From assembly GCA_038064475.1 (NCBI GenBank), contig JBBTTA010000002.1:19195-83194 (forward strand): a stretch of DNA of 64,000 nt, read 5' to 3'. This document shows, in pieces, positions 1 through 8,370 of this stretch (position 1 is its first letter; each line of letters begins with the position of its first letter). The notes beneath the pieces are model-generated. The model was not told where the DNA came from, did not search any database, and saw only the letters and a list, made by a program, of their open reading frames with translations. The stretch is from Patescibacteria group bacterium. GTDB taxonomy: Bacteria > Patescibacteriota > Minisyncoccia > Phycocordibacterales > EsbW-18. Made by a program: the position numbers and the translations under genes.

Positions 1-961
1 AATGCTTCAGCGCGAAGACGCGCACCATTACAGAGCGTACACACTTCATTGCTAAAAAATTCTTGTGTGCCCAAACCATTACATTCCTGACACGCACCGT
101 ACGGACTGTTGAAAGAAAAGAGACGTGGTTCGATTTCTGGATACGAATAACCGTCGTTGGGACATGAAAACTTTGACGACATCAGTGTGCCAATTTCATT
201 GCTCTTTTTCTTTTTGAATTCGTCGCGCGCTGTTTGCACGATACGCACAAGACCTGCTGCTTCATGCATTGCGCGTTCAAGTCCTTCGCGGAGTCGCTCC
301 ACCGCGCCATCACGTGATTCTTTAAAATCAATCAGAGGAATACGATCAACAAGCACATCGATATCGTGCACTTTGTTTTTCTCAAGCATGATTTGCTCGC
401 GAAGTTCGTGGCGCACGCCGTCAACAAGCACTTCTGAATATCCTTTGCTCAACAAATCGTAGAGTAATTGATAGTACTCACCTTTGCGACCACGAACGAC
501 AGGAGCAAACAACTCCAGTGTTGGTTGTATTGTTTGCGCTCGCTTCACCGCATCTTTGAGATCTCCTAGAGATCGCTTTGGCAGACCTTTCACTGCTTTG
601 TCGGCGTCCGTCAAAACAAAGTTCTGAATTTCTTCAGACGTGAGGCGTTTGATTGGCTCACCACACACGAGACAATGTGGAATGCCAATACGCGCGTACA
701 AAATACGCAGATAGTCTGAAATCTCGGTTATTGTTGCGACGGTCGAACGTGGATTGTTCGAACGTGATTTTTGATCGATAGAAATTGCCGGAGAAAGACC
801 GATGATTTCATCAACATCTGGTTTCGGCATCTGGCTGATGAATTGTCGCGCATACGCAGAAAGAGATTCAACATACCGGCGCTGTCCTTCGGCAAAGATA
901 GTATCGAACGCCAAAGAAGACTTCCCCGATCCAGAAAGTCCTGTAAATACCACCATTTTGT
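1..961 (-). CDS. uvrA: Excinuclease ABC subunit A, N-terminal ~320 aa only; C-terminus lies beyond the window start
   Basis: Minus-strand translation from 961 gives [33 protein letters not shown] (Walker A). Frame stays open to position 1 with zinc-finger-like [17 protein letters not shown] and [14 protein letters not shown]. It is absent from the ORF track because no stop falls in the window. Confidence 0.85.
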
Positions 962-1216
962 TGCGTGGCATTTCAACCGTGATGTTCTTCAGGTTGTGCG
1001 TGCGTGCTCCTTTTATGATAAGCAGGTCGTTGTTCGCCTGTTGGCGAATGTGTTCATTTTTCTTCATACACGCAAGCAGACCCTGCCTTGTCGCAGGGGG
1101 TCCACACAAAAAGACTGTAGCACAAACAGAAAACAAAGAACAGAAAACGGAGTAAATTTGGAGACTCAATCTCCAAAGTATTGAACGCCGAGCGTTCAAT
1201 ACTTTACAAATAAAAA

Positions 1217-1242
1217 GGGCGCGTTCCTTGCGGAACGCGCCC
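1217..1242 (-). terminator. Intrinsic terminator hairpin GGGCGCGTTCC-ttgc-GGAACGCGCCC
   Basis: Perfect 11-bp inverted repeat. On the minus strand it is followed by a U-tract (plus strand taaaaa). It lies downstream of the 1301..1837 minus-strand gene. Two more small hairpins sit at 1163-1200. Confidence 0.5.
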
Positions 1243-1300
1243 TGAGGAAGATTTCGACGAGTGTCGGGTTCTTCCAAACCCTTTTCAACTTCAACAGCTA

Positions 1301-1837
1301 CTACTTCTTCTTGTTCTTCTTGGCGGCGGCTGACTTGCTACCGATGCCCGAGACCACGCCGGAGCGGATCGGCTTGCGCTTCGCGACGGCGTTCTGCGTC
1401 TGCGCGTTCTTGTTCAGATCGCGCAGAGCCGTCATCGGGAGCATGTTCGGACCATCGAGATTAACGTTACCGATGGGAGCCGGCGGCTCGTCCGTGACGA
1501 ACCGACCGGTCTGCTCCTTCTTCACAGGCACGGACTTCGGCAGGCGCACCTTGGAAGATACCCCGAGCCTCATGAGCGCCTTCTCGAGCTTCGCCTCGAA
1601 CGAGTACTGCCGATCGACGAAGCACGTCACGAGGACGAACTGCGCTCCGATCGAGAGCACGTTGCCGGGAACGATGGGAATACGGACCCCGTCGAGCGGC
1701 GTGAGGCTGTTCTGGTCGGGGATGACGATGAGCGTCCGGTTGCCCGGAAGCTTACGATTCGGGCGGAACTGCAGTTGCTTCTCGCCCTTGTGCGTGACGG
1801 TCTGAAACAGCGCAAAAGCTGGAAACGAAATCTGCAT
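1301..1837 (-). CDS. Hypothetical protein (178 aa) in a GC-rich islet, with a Lys-rich C-terminal tail
   Basis: ORF 1301..1855 with start re-placed at MQISFPAF. Upstream on the minus strand: TTGACT-N16-TATTTT plus a perfect TATAAT, and RBS AAAGGGGA 5 nt before the ATG. Local GC is ~60% against ~44% nearby. I see no recognisable family. Confidence 0.5.
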   Translation of the reverse strand: MQISFPAFALFQTVTHKGEKQLQFRPNRKLPGNRTLIVIPDQNSLTPLDGVRIPIVPGNVLSIGAQFVLVTCFVDRQYSFEAKLEKALMRLGVSSKVRLPKSVPVKKEQTGRFVTDEPPAPIGNVNLDGPNMLPMTALRDLNKNAQTQNAVAKRKPIRSGVVSGIGSKSAAAKKNKKK

Positions 1838-2005
1838 CGTCTTCCCCTTTCTCAAAAAATACTGCGTTTATGGTTGACTTCAGGTTTGTATGGGCTCGCT
1901 GAAGTAAAAAATAACCCACACAAATCTGAAGTCAACATTGTTGAAGTTCTTCTGCAAGCATTATACTAAAATATAGTGTTTTGTCAAGTGTCCAGTGAAA
2001 AGTTA

Positions 2006-2033
2006 AACGGCGGCCGTTTTCGTGGCCGCCGTT
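2006..2033 (-). terminator. Terminator hairpin AACGGCGGCC-N8-GGCCGCCGTT
   Basis: Perfect 10-bp stem immediately downstream of the 2055..2543 minus-strand gene. Confidence 0.5.
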
Positions 2034-2054
2034 ATTGTATTTGTTCGTCCTGTA

Positions 2055-2543
2055 CTACTGCTCCGTCCCCCGCAACCCTGAAACCTCGGGAAGAGGCATT
2101 ATGCTTTCAAGACCCTCGATCTTGCCCTCGAAACTCTTCAGCGCAAGTACATGCTCCACACGATGAAGCACGGCCACGGCTGCGGTGTGATCGCCGTCCG
2201 AGAGAAGCTCTCGTATCCAGCTCTTGAGACCCTGAAACCAGTCCATGCCACTGGGGGTCAGGAAGAGGTCTTCGTTCTCCTCGAGGCGAGCGAACATGGT
2301 CCGAATTGAAGTCCAAGTACACCACTCGTCGAGTCGATCGAGAAGCACCTCGATCTCGACACCGCACCTGTGAGCTTCCCGATTGGGAAGCTCACAGCAG
2401 CGTTCGATCTTGGTTTCGATCGCGTGAACACGTCTCAGTGCCGACGTACCATCCACATGGAGATCCCTCTCCATCTTCGTGATGAGACGCTTGAGCCCCT
2501 CGATTCGACTCTGAAACATTTCTTTTGGATCGAAGAGAATCAT
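2055..2543 (-). CDS. Hypothetical protein (162 aa), GC-rich
   Basis: Complete ORF. Strong RBS AAAGAGGGGGGGAG upstream on the minus strand. No recognisable motifs. Confidence 0.5.
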   Translation of the reverse strand: MILFDPKEMFQSRIEGLKRLITKMERDLHVDGTSALRRVHAIETKIERCCELPNREAHRCGVEIEVLLDRLDEWCTWTSIRTMFARLEENEDLFLTPSGMDWFQGLKSWIRELLSDGDHTAAVAVLHRVEHVLALKSFEGKIEGLESIMPLPEVSGLRGTEQ

Positions 2544-2590
2544 CTCCCCCCCTCTTTCGTTTGAACTGCAGGTCTATGTGATATGTCTAC

Positions 2591-2610
2591 ACGTACTCAC
2601 GTGAGTACGT
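2591..2610. promoter_or_regulatory. Perfect 20-bp palindrome ACGTACTCACGTGAGTACGT in the divergent promoter region
   Basis: Read directly in the sequence. It lies between the minus-strand gene start at 2543 and the tsaD start at 2687. This is typical operator geometry. Confidence 0.35.
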
Positions 2611-2686
2611 AAGGATCATCTGGGAGAAAATTATATCAGTTGTTTCGTACTTGTCAATATGGAGTGACAATGCAATACTACCTCGC

Positions 2687-3904
2687 ATGCGTATTTTGGC
2701 TATTGAAACTTCCTGCGACGAAACAGCCGTCTCTCTTCTTGAGTGCAGCGGTGGCTTCTCAAACCCCATATTTTCTGTCCTTGGCACAGGACTTTTCTCG
2801 CAAGCGCATCTTCACGAAAAATATGGCGGCGTCTTCCCTGCTCTTGCAAAGCGCGAGCATCAAAAAAACCTCGTGCCCCTTCTGAAGGTGGCACTCAAGG
2901 ACACTGCTCTTTTGGAGGCTAAGCCTCCAAGGCTTGGAGGCTTAGCCTCCAAGGATCTTGATTCCATCCTAGAGCAAGAGCCAGAGCTCAAAAGACAACT
3001 TGTTGAGTATTTTTCAGAAAACTCGAATATTCCAAATATTGATGCTGTTGCAGTAACACAAGGTCCGGGACTTGAACCAGCGCTTTGGGTTGGACTCAAC
3101 TTTGCAAAAACACTTTCGTTTGTGTGGCAAAAACCTTTGATTCCGGTGAACCACATGGAAGGACACGTCTTTTCCGTTCTAACGAACGGAAAAGAAATTT
3201 CAAATGACAAATCACAAATTTCAAATAAGGAATCTGTAACGATTGAATTTCCTGCACTCGCTCTTCTTGTGTCAGGCGGACACACCGAACTGCAGCTCGT
3301 ACGCGATTGGCTTTCATACGAACGTTTGGGCGAAACGCGCGACGATGCGATCGGCGAAGCCTTTGATAAAGTCGCGCGTCTTTTGGGCCTTCCCTATCCC
3401 GGTGGTCCAGAAATTTCTAAATTGGCCAGCATAGCGCGCGCAGAAAACTCAAACACATACACCATCACACTTCCTCGACCGATGATTAAATCTAACGATT
3501 ACGATTTTTCATACGCTGGACTTAAAACTGCAGTTCTCTACGCAATTAAAGAGCATGGCGACATGGATGACACATACAAAAAAGAAATGGCGCGTGCGTT
3601 TGAGGACGCTGCTATTGACGTTGTGTGTGCAAAATCAGAAAAAGCGCTCGCTGAATATCTTCCAAAAACATTTATCACTGGTGGTGGAGTTATTGGCAAC
3701 ACCTATTTGCGTGAACGACTTACGACACTTATTCAAACCAAGTTTCCAGAGACAAAGATTCTTTTCCCTACACGCGAACTCTCAACAGACAACGCTGTCA
3801 TGATTGGTATGGCTGGGTACCTTCGCTACGAAAAAACACCGCATACATACGGTGTCTACAATCAATCTCAAACACTTGCAGCGTCAGGAACACTTCGACT
3901 CTAG
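2687..3904 (+). CDS. tsaD: tRNA N6-adenosine threonylcarbamoyltransferase TsaD (Kae1/Gcp family) with an internal insertion
   Basis: MRILAIETSCDETAVSLL matches the TsaD N-terminus exactly. VTQGPGLEPALWVGLNFAKTLS and GGVIGNTYLRERL also match. The ORF-track start at 2651 probably over-extends; I placed the start at MRILAIE. Confidence 0.85.
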   Translation: MRILAIETSCDETAVSLLECSGGFSNPIFSVLGTGLFSQAHLHEKYGGVFPALAKREHQKNLVPLLKVALKDTALLEAKPPRLGGLASKDLDSILEQEPELKRQLVEYFSENSNIPNIDAVAVTQGPGLEPALWVGLNFAKTLSFVWQKPLIPVNHMEGHVFSVLTNGKEISNDKSQISNKESVTIEFPALALLVSGGHTELQLVRDWLSYERLGETRDDAIGEAFDKVARLLGLPYPGGPEISKLASIARAENSNTYTITLPRPMIKSNDYDFSYAGLKTAVLYAIKEHGDMDDTYKKEMARAFEDAAIDVVCAKSEKALAEYLPKTFITGGGVIGNTYLRERLTTLIQTKFPETKILFPTRELSTDNAVMIGMAGYLRYEKTPHTYGVYNQSQTLAASGTLRL

Positions 3905-3986
3905 GCTCTCAGGGCAAGCACTTCGACTATAGCTCAAGATAAACGCTTCGCCTTTAGAACAGCCTAATTCTATATTCTTCAAATAA

Positions 3987-4020
3987 CTCTCAAACTGAGA
4001 CGGCCGTCCCAGTTTGAGAG
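3987..4020. terminator. Bidirectional terminator hairpin CTCTCAAACTG-N12-CAGTTTGAGAG
   Basis: Perfect 11-bp stem whose loop is itself palindromic (GACGGCCGTC). It sits between convergent tsaD (+) and the CAP-domain gene (-). Confidence 0.55.
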
Positions 4021-4061
4021 TTAATAAAGTCGAATCAATCCTATTCTAGGTCAATCTGTAG

Positions 4062-5123
4062 CTAGATAACCAGCAAATCAGCTGAAAGCAACAGATAGTT
4101 GAAGTAGAAGAGCAAACAAATGATTGCGAGAAGTGCCGCACCATATGCCATGTTGCGTGAGTGTTGTCGGTGCACTTGGCGATACACCATAAGGAGCATC
4201 ACAAATGCAATCAAAAGTCCGATAACCATGTATCCCCATGCAACAGCCGCGCGTGGGCGTGACATCAACTCTTCCAATACAAGCGCTTCATTTGTTTTTT
4301 CTGTTGGCGCTTCAGCGGGTGCAGGTTCTTCATTTGTCTCTGCGTACGTATCTGTTTCATTTGTAATACCCAATGGAGCAATGGGAAGTGTTACAACAGG
4401 TTCTGGCTCAGGCATCACCTCAGCAACTTCTGGCACTACAGGCTCTGGTTCAACGACAGCAACCGTCTCACCGGCGATTTCTGCCGCACCTTCTTGTGGA
4501 ATAAATTCACTCTCAATCTGCACACTGTTCGATGCTTCTTCGGCAACAACTGCTGGCGTACCAAACAATTGCACGACGTACACCGTTTTCTTTCCTTTGT
4601 ATGTTCCTGAAACAGCGGCAATACCAACTTCGGTAAAGTTGCCATTCATGATGTTGGCACGATGTCCCGGAGAATCCATCCATGCACGATTCACGTCATG
4701 TGAATCTGAAAAGTTCACCGCGAGATTTTCTCCTGCGCGCACAAACTGATATCCAGCGCGATAAAACCAATACCATGGATCAAGTCCATCGGGGCTCGTG
4801 TGTGCAAAGTATTCATTCTTCGCCATATCTTCTGCCTTCATGCGTGCCGCTTCTTCAAGTACGGGATTTATTGAAAGTGTGCCAAGTCCTTCTGCTTCGC
4901 GATCGTCGTTGGCAAGATCAACAAGCACTGCAGGCACAACTGACGCGAGAAACTCGTTGTTCGTGCGCACCAAGACCGCTTGAAATACTGAAAAACCAAA
5001 CAAAAGTACGACAACAAGCGCGATTGCAAGCACACTTGCTTCACGCAACGCATGAGGTTTGTGTTCGTTCCCTTCATGCGGGATAAAATAATCTTTGAGA
5101 TGTTTTCGCATAGATGCAAACAT
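4062..5123 (-). CDS. Membrane-anchored CAP/SCP (PR-1-like, YkwD-like) domain protein
   Basis: N-terminal TM helix. Motifs HTSPDGLDPWYWFYRAGYQF...GENLA...WMDSPGHRANIM are typical of the CAP superfamily. Acidic Pro-rich linker and a C-terminal TM. Confidence 0.7.
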   Translation of the reverse strand: MFASMRKHLKDYFIPHEGNEHKPHALREASVLAIALVVVLLFGFSVFQAVLVRTNNEFLASVVPAVLVDLANDDREAEGLGTLSINPVLEEAARMKAEDMAKNEYFAHTSPDGLDPWYWFYRAGYQFVRAGENLAVNFSDSHDVNRAWMDSPGHRANIMNGNFTEVGIAAVSGTYKGKKTVYVVQLFGTPAVVAEEASNSVQIESEFIPQEGAAEIAGETVAVVEPEPVVPEVAEVMPEPEPVVTLPIAPLGITNETDTYAETNEEPAPAEAPTEKTNEALVLEELMSRPRAAVAWGYMVIGLLIAFVMLLMVYRQVHRQHSRNMAYGAALLAIICLLFYFNYLLLSADLLVI

Positions 5124-5133
5124 TACTCTAATG

Positions 5134-5790
5134 TTACTCTGTCACCTCTTCATCAACAAGAGCGGCATACACAACCAAGACGCGGTCGTATTCTTGTGAT
5201 GTGTGATCAAACGTTCCTGAGCATGTTATGAGGCGGAGTCCTGCGTGATCAATATCACCGTACACTTTTTCTGTTGGAAATTCGCTGCGATTGTAGCGTT
5301 CAAGTGCTGTCACGCGAAATGTCGCTGTCGAACCATCTTCGCGATCGACATAAATGTAGTCACCTTGTGTGAGTTGTCCCAAAAAGAGAAACACCGCCGG
5401 TCCCATGTACGAATCCACATGCCCGAGGACGATTGCAGGACCTATTTCCCCCGGTGTTGGACCATGTATATACCAACCAACTTCTTCAAATCCCTTTGGC
5501 GTCTCTACCTCGCCGTTCGCATCGAGACCAAGTTCGACAAAATGTGTATCGATATAAATGTCAGGAATGCGCAATCGAATGGGGGCAGATGCTTCAAGTG
5601 GTGTGCCGAATTCAAATGTAGGCGCAAACAATTCAAAAAAACCTTTGGTGCCGTCTGAAGCAACATACGACACCACGGTTCCTCGCGAAGCAAGAAACAT
5701 GCTTATGCCAATCGCAAAGAGGATAACGCCGATTGCAGAAAGGTTTTTGTGGAGAAAGTCGGTGACTTTTTTAAAGTCAGGGATTTGCAT
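5134..5790 (-). CDS. Sortase family transpeptidase
   Basis: N-terminal TM. IVLGHVDSYMGPAVF matches the His motif. LRLITCSGTFD matches the TLxTC catalytic Cys motif. Confidence 0.8.
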   Translation of the reverse strand: MQIPDFKKVTDFLHKNLSAIGVILFAIGISMFLASRGTVVSYVASDGTKGFFELFAPTFEFGTPLEASAPIRLRIPDIYIDTHFVELGLDANGEVETPKGFEEVGWYIHGPTPGEIGPAIVLGHVDSYMGPAVFLFLGQLTQGDYIYVDREDGSTATFRVTALERYNRSEFPTEKVYGDIDHAGLRLITCSGTFDHTSQEYDRVLVVYAALVDEEVTE

Positions 5791-5887
5791 ACGAATATAG
5801 TAACTATTTTAGACCATTTTGTCAATGTTCTGTGGAAAAAAACAAAAACCGCCCGAAGGCGGTCTTTGTTAAAGAGTTGGGGTTCTT

Positions 5888-7609
5888 TTACTTTCGACGA
5901 CCTGCTGTGAGAGCAAAGCCACCAAGAAGCGTGAAGAGTGAGCCAAGTGTGCTTACAGATCCTGCCATTCCTCCCATACCTGTCGCTGGTGCGCCAGCTG
6001 GAACGAGGGCAATCTGTTCACCCAAGACTTCTCCGCCATCATTTGAACCTCCTCCGCCTCCACGTCGGCTTGAGTCGCCACCTCCACCGTTATCATCGTC
6101 GCCATCTGTTTCGCGGTTGGTGTATGTACATACGACGTCCTCTCCTTCGCTAAGGCTGATTTCAATATCAGTTTCACCTGCGTCGTGTGAGAATTCGTCG
6201 TTACATTCAATCGTTGGAGCCTCCCAGCCCTCTGGAAGAACTTCGTTGATTGTGTATGAACCAGCCTCAAGATCACTGAAGACCTTTTCACCATCGTCGC
6301 CAAGTGTGAACAATCCAAGACTACCATTGAAATCAAAGAGGTTACCGTTTGCACTTGCAATCTGCTTGATGATTGTGATGCTTGCATCACCTGGGTCTTC
6401 TACGAGTCTGTTCGTAAACGTACAAGTAATATCGTCACCTTCTGCGAGAGTAATACCAATTGCGCCCTCGCCTTCAAAGTCTGCCACTACCTCGACTTGA
6501 GATTCGTCAAGACAGGTAATGTCTACAAGACTCCAGTCTGGAAGACCAACTTCAGTAACCGTGTGTGGACCAGCAGATACATCAAGTGCTCCTGACGTTT
6601 CTCCACCTGCCAAAACTGCTGTAGGTGTTACTGCGTCGTCCAAGTAAAAGTCAAAAGTTTGCTCGCTTTCAACACCCGTTACCTTGTTGATAGTAATAGT
6701 TGTGTCATCAACTTCATCCATTGTGTTTGTGAACACACAGGTGATGTTATCGCCGTCTGCAATGGTTACCCAGACACTGGTGTCTTCTTCTACGATGTAG
6801 GCATCCCAACCTTCAACGTCAGCGTTTGTACATACTACTGAACCAAAGCTCCAGTCTGCCTTATCAAGTTCTGCGACTGTGTGAACATCCTCCAAAAGAT
6901 CAGGGAATGTTTCGTAGTCTCCGTTGTTACCAAGAAGGTAGCTATCGAAGATCGTATTATCGATGTCCTCAAAGCTCTGACCATCAAGTGTAAAACCGAA
7001 CTCAACCTGATTACCTGCTTCGTTGTCTGTATCCTTCATGATCGTCAAAGATCCTGTAGCTGGAGGCACTACAACAACCGTATTTGTAATCGTACATGTT
7101 GCACCGTCTGCGGTGAGGTCAATATCTTCACAACCTTCGTAGGTAGTGTCGAAACCTGCTGCTACTACCTCTGTAACTGTGAAAAGGCCGTCTGCGAGGT
7201 CAAGTTCAACATCGTTTGAACCATCTGCTTCAAATGCTGTTGAACTACCACCATTGATGATAAAGCTAAAATCATCTGCATTCGCATCTGTCTCACCAAC
7301 AATTACTTTCTCAACTGTGAGAGTGCCTGTTGTTGGTTCTGGTACATTTTCATTACACCACGCATTACTACCATTACCGTTCTCGTCCAATGGTCCTGCA
7401 TAATCAAAGTCCCCGTGCGCAATGTGACTGTCATAGGCAGACAAATCAGGAGTATCCAAATAATTCCATGTATCCCCTGTTTTGTGACAAACGTCGAACT
7501 TTGCAGGAGTCTGTGCAGAAGCAAAACTTGCAATTGCAAGACCAACGATAACTACTGTGCCGAGTACGAGATTTGCAATTCGTACAAAGCCCATTGATTT
7601 GCTATTCAT
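5888..7609 (-). CDS. Secreted cell-surface protein with repeated Ig-like (Cna-B/prealbumin-like) domains and a C-terminal sorting signal
   Basis: Signal peptide. At least four repeats each ending in C(T/V)(F/Y)TN(T/R). Gly-rich linker. C-terminus ...LVPAGAPATGMGG + hydrophobic stretch + RRK. It lies directly adjacent to the sortase gene. Confidence 0.7.
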   Translation of the reverse strand: MNSKSMGFVRIANLVLGTVVIVGLAIASFASAQTPAKFDVCHKTGDTWNYLDTPDLSAYDSHIAHGDFDYAGPLDENGNGSNAWCNENVPEPTTGTLTVEKVIVGETDANADDFSFIINGGSSTAFEADGSNDVELDLADGLFTVTEVVAAGFDTTYEGCEDIDLTADGATCTITNTVVVVPPATGSLTIMKDTDNEAGNQVEFGFTLDGQSFEDIDNTIFDSYLLGNNGDYETFPDLLEDVHTVAELDKADWSFGSVVCTNADVEGWDAYIVEEDTSVWVTIADGDNITCVFTNTMDEVDDTTITINKVTGVESEQTFDFYLDDAVTPTAVLAGGETSGALDVSAGPHTVTEVGLPDWSLVDITCLDESQVEVVADFEGEGAIGITLAEGDDITCTFTNRLVEDPGDASITIIKQIASANGNLFDFNGSLGLFTLGDDGEKVFSDLEAGSYTINEVLPEGWEAPTIECNDEFSHDAGETDIEISLSEGEDVVCTYTNRETDGDDDNGGGGDSSRRGGGGGSNDGGEVLGEQIALVPAGAPATGMGGMAGSVSTLGSLFTLLGGFALTAGRRK

Positions 7610-7793
7610 ATTCTAAAATTTACTAAAATAATTAATATTGTTTTCTAACCCCAATCCATAAAGCAGCTAGGCCGTTTTATGAACGTTATCGCGATAATAC
7701 CAAGCTATTACCCCTCTTGTCAAGAGCCAAAAAATGTTGCCTCTTTTTTCTAAAGGACACATCCAAATTATTCAAAATCTCCCCCATTCAATC

Positions 7794-7906
7794 GCCCGAT
7801 TGTGACGTCTCACAATCGGGCTTATTTCATATAAATTTCTAAAGGACATTTTTCGAGTGTCGTAAAAATGTCCTTTAGACACTCTTTTCGCGCGCGAAGC
7901 GCGCGC
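7794..7906. promoter_or_regulatory. Cluster of three perfect palindromes in the divergent promoter region
   Basis: 7794-7821: GCCCGATTGTGA-cgtc-TCACAATCGGGC. 7838-7879: TCTAAAGGACATTTTT-N10-AAAAATGTCCTTTAGA, with a partial copy TTCTAAAGGACA at 7749. 7890-7906: GCGCGCG-AAG-CGCGCGC. Upstream of the surface-protein/sortase operon (-) and the 8059 gene (+). Confidence 0.3.
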
Positions 7907-8058
7907 TTCCGTTGTACACAAAGTTATCAACAGTTCTTTTTGTTTTGACAATTTTCTTAAAATAAATTTTATCTCTTGTGCGTACCATTGCACTATCTGA
8001 TACAACCAAAGATACGCGTCAATATGTACAGAAAAATTACACATAATACGATACTGGT

Positions 8059-8337
8059 ATGACTCAGGACGACCGCCAATTCATGACGGAGCAGTTTGCT
8101 CTTATTCAGGAACAGTTTATTTCCTTTCGTTCAGAGATGGATGGAAAATTTACTTTCTTAGAGACAAAATTAAGTGAAAAAATTGAATCCGAGATAGAAA
8201 ACCTAGCAACACTGACAATGGGTGGTTTTCATGAGATGGATGAACGTTTTACAACTCTTGAAGAACGCCTCGACAGTCGCATAGATCGACTTGCTGATGA
8301 TGTTCGTCTTCTCAAAACGCACGTTGGTATTGCATAA
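8059..8337 (+). CDS. Hypothetical small coiled-coil protein (92 aa)
   Basis: Complete ORF, heptad-like and charged. No family recognised. Confidence 0.4.
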   Translation: MTQDDRQFMTEQFALIQEQFISFRSEMDGKFTFLETKLSEKIESEIENLATLTMGGFHEMDERFTTLEERLDSRIDRLADDVRLLKTHVGIA

Positions 8338-8370
8338 ACTATTGCCAGAAAAATTTGCTAGAATGAATGT

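Noticed and set aside
728-1184. Several 80-140 aa ORFs (728..976, 771..1184, 802..1155)
   Set aside because: They are alternative frames overlapping uvrA, whose own frame reads unambiguously as UvrA from 961 down to position 1.
7772-8044. 90-aa minus-strand ORF in the 7.6-8.0 kb intergenic region
   Set aside because: It overlaps the palindrome cluster and has no RBS. The region behaves as a divergent regulatory spacer.
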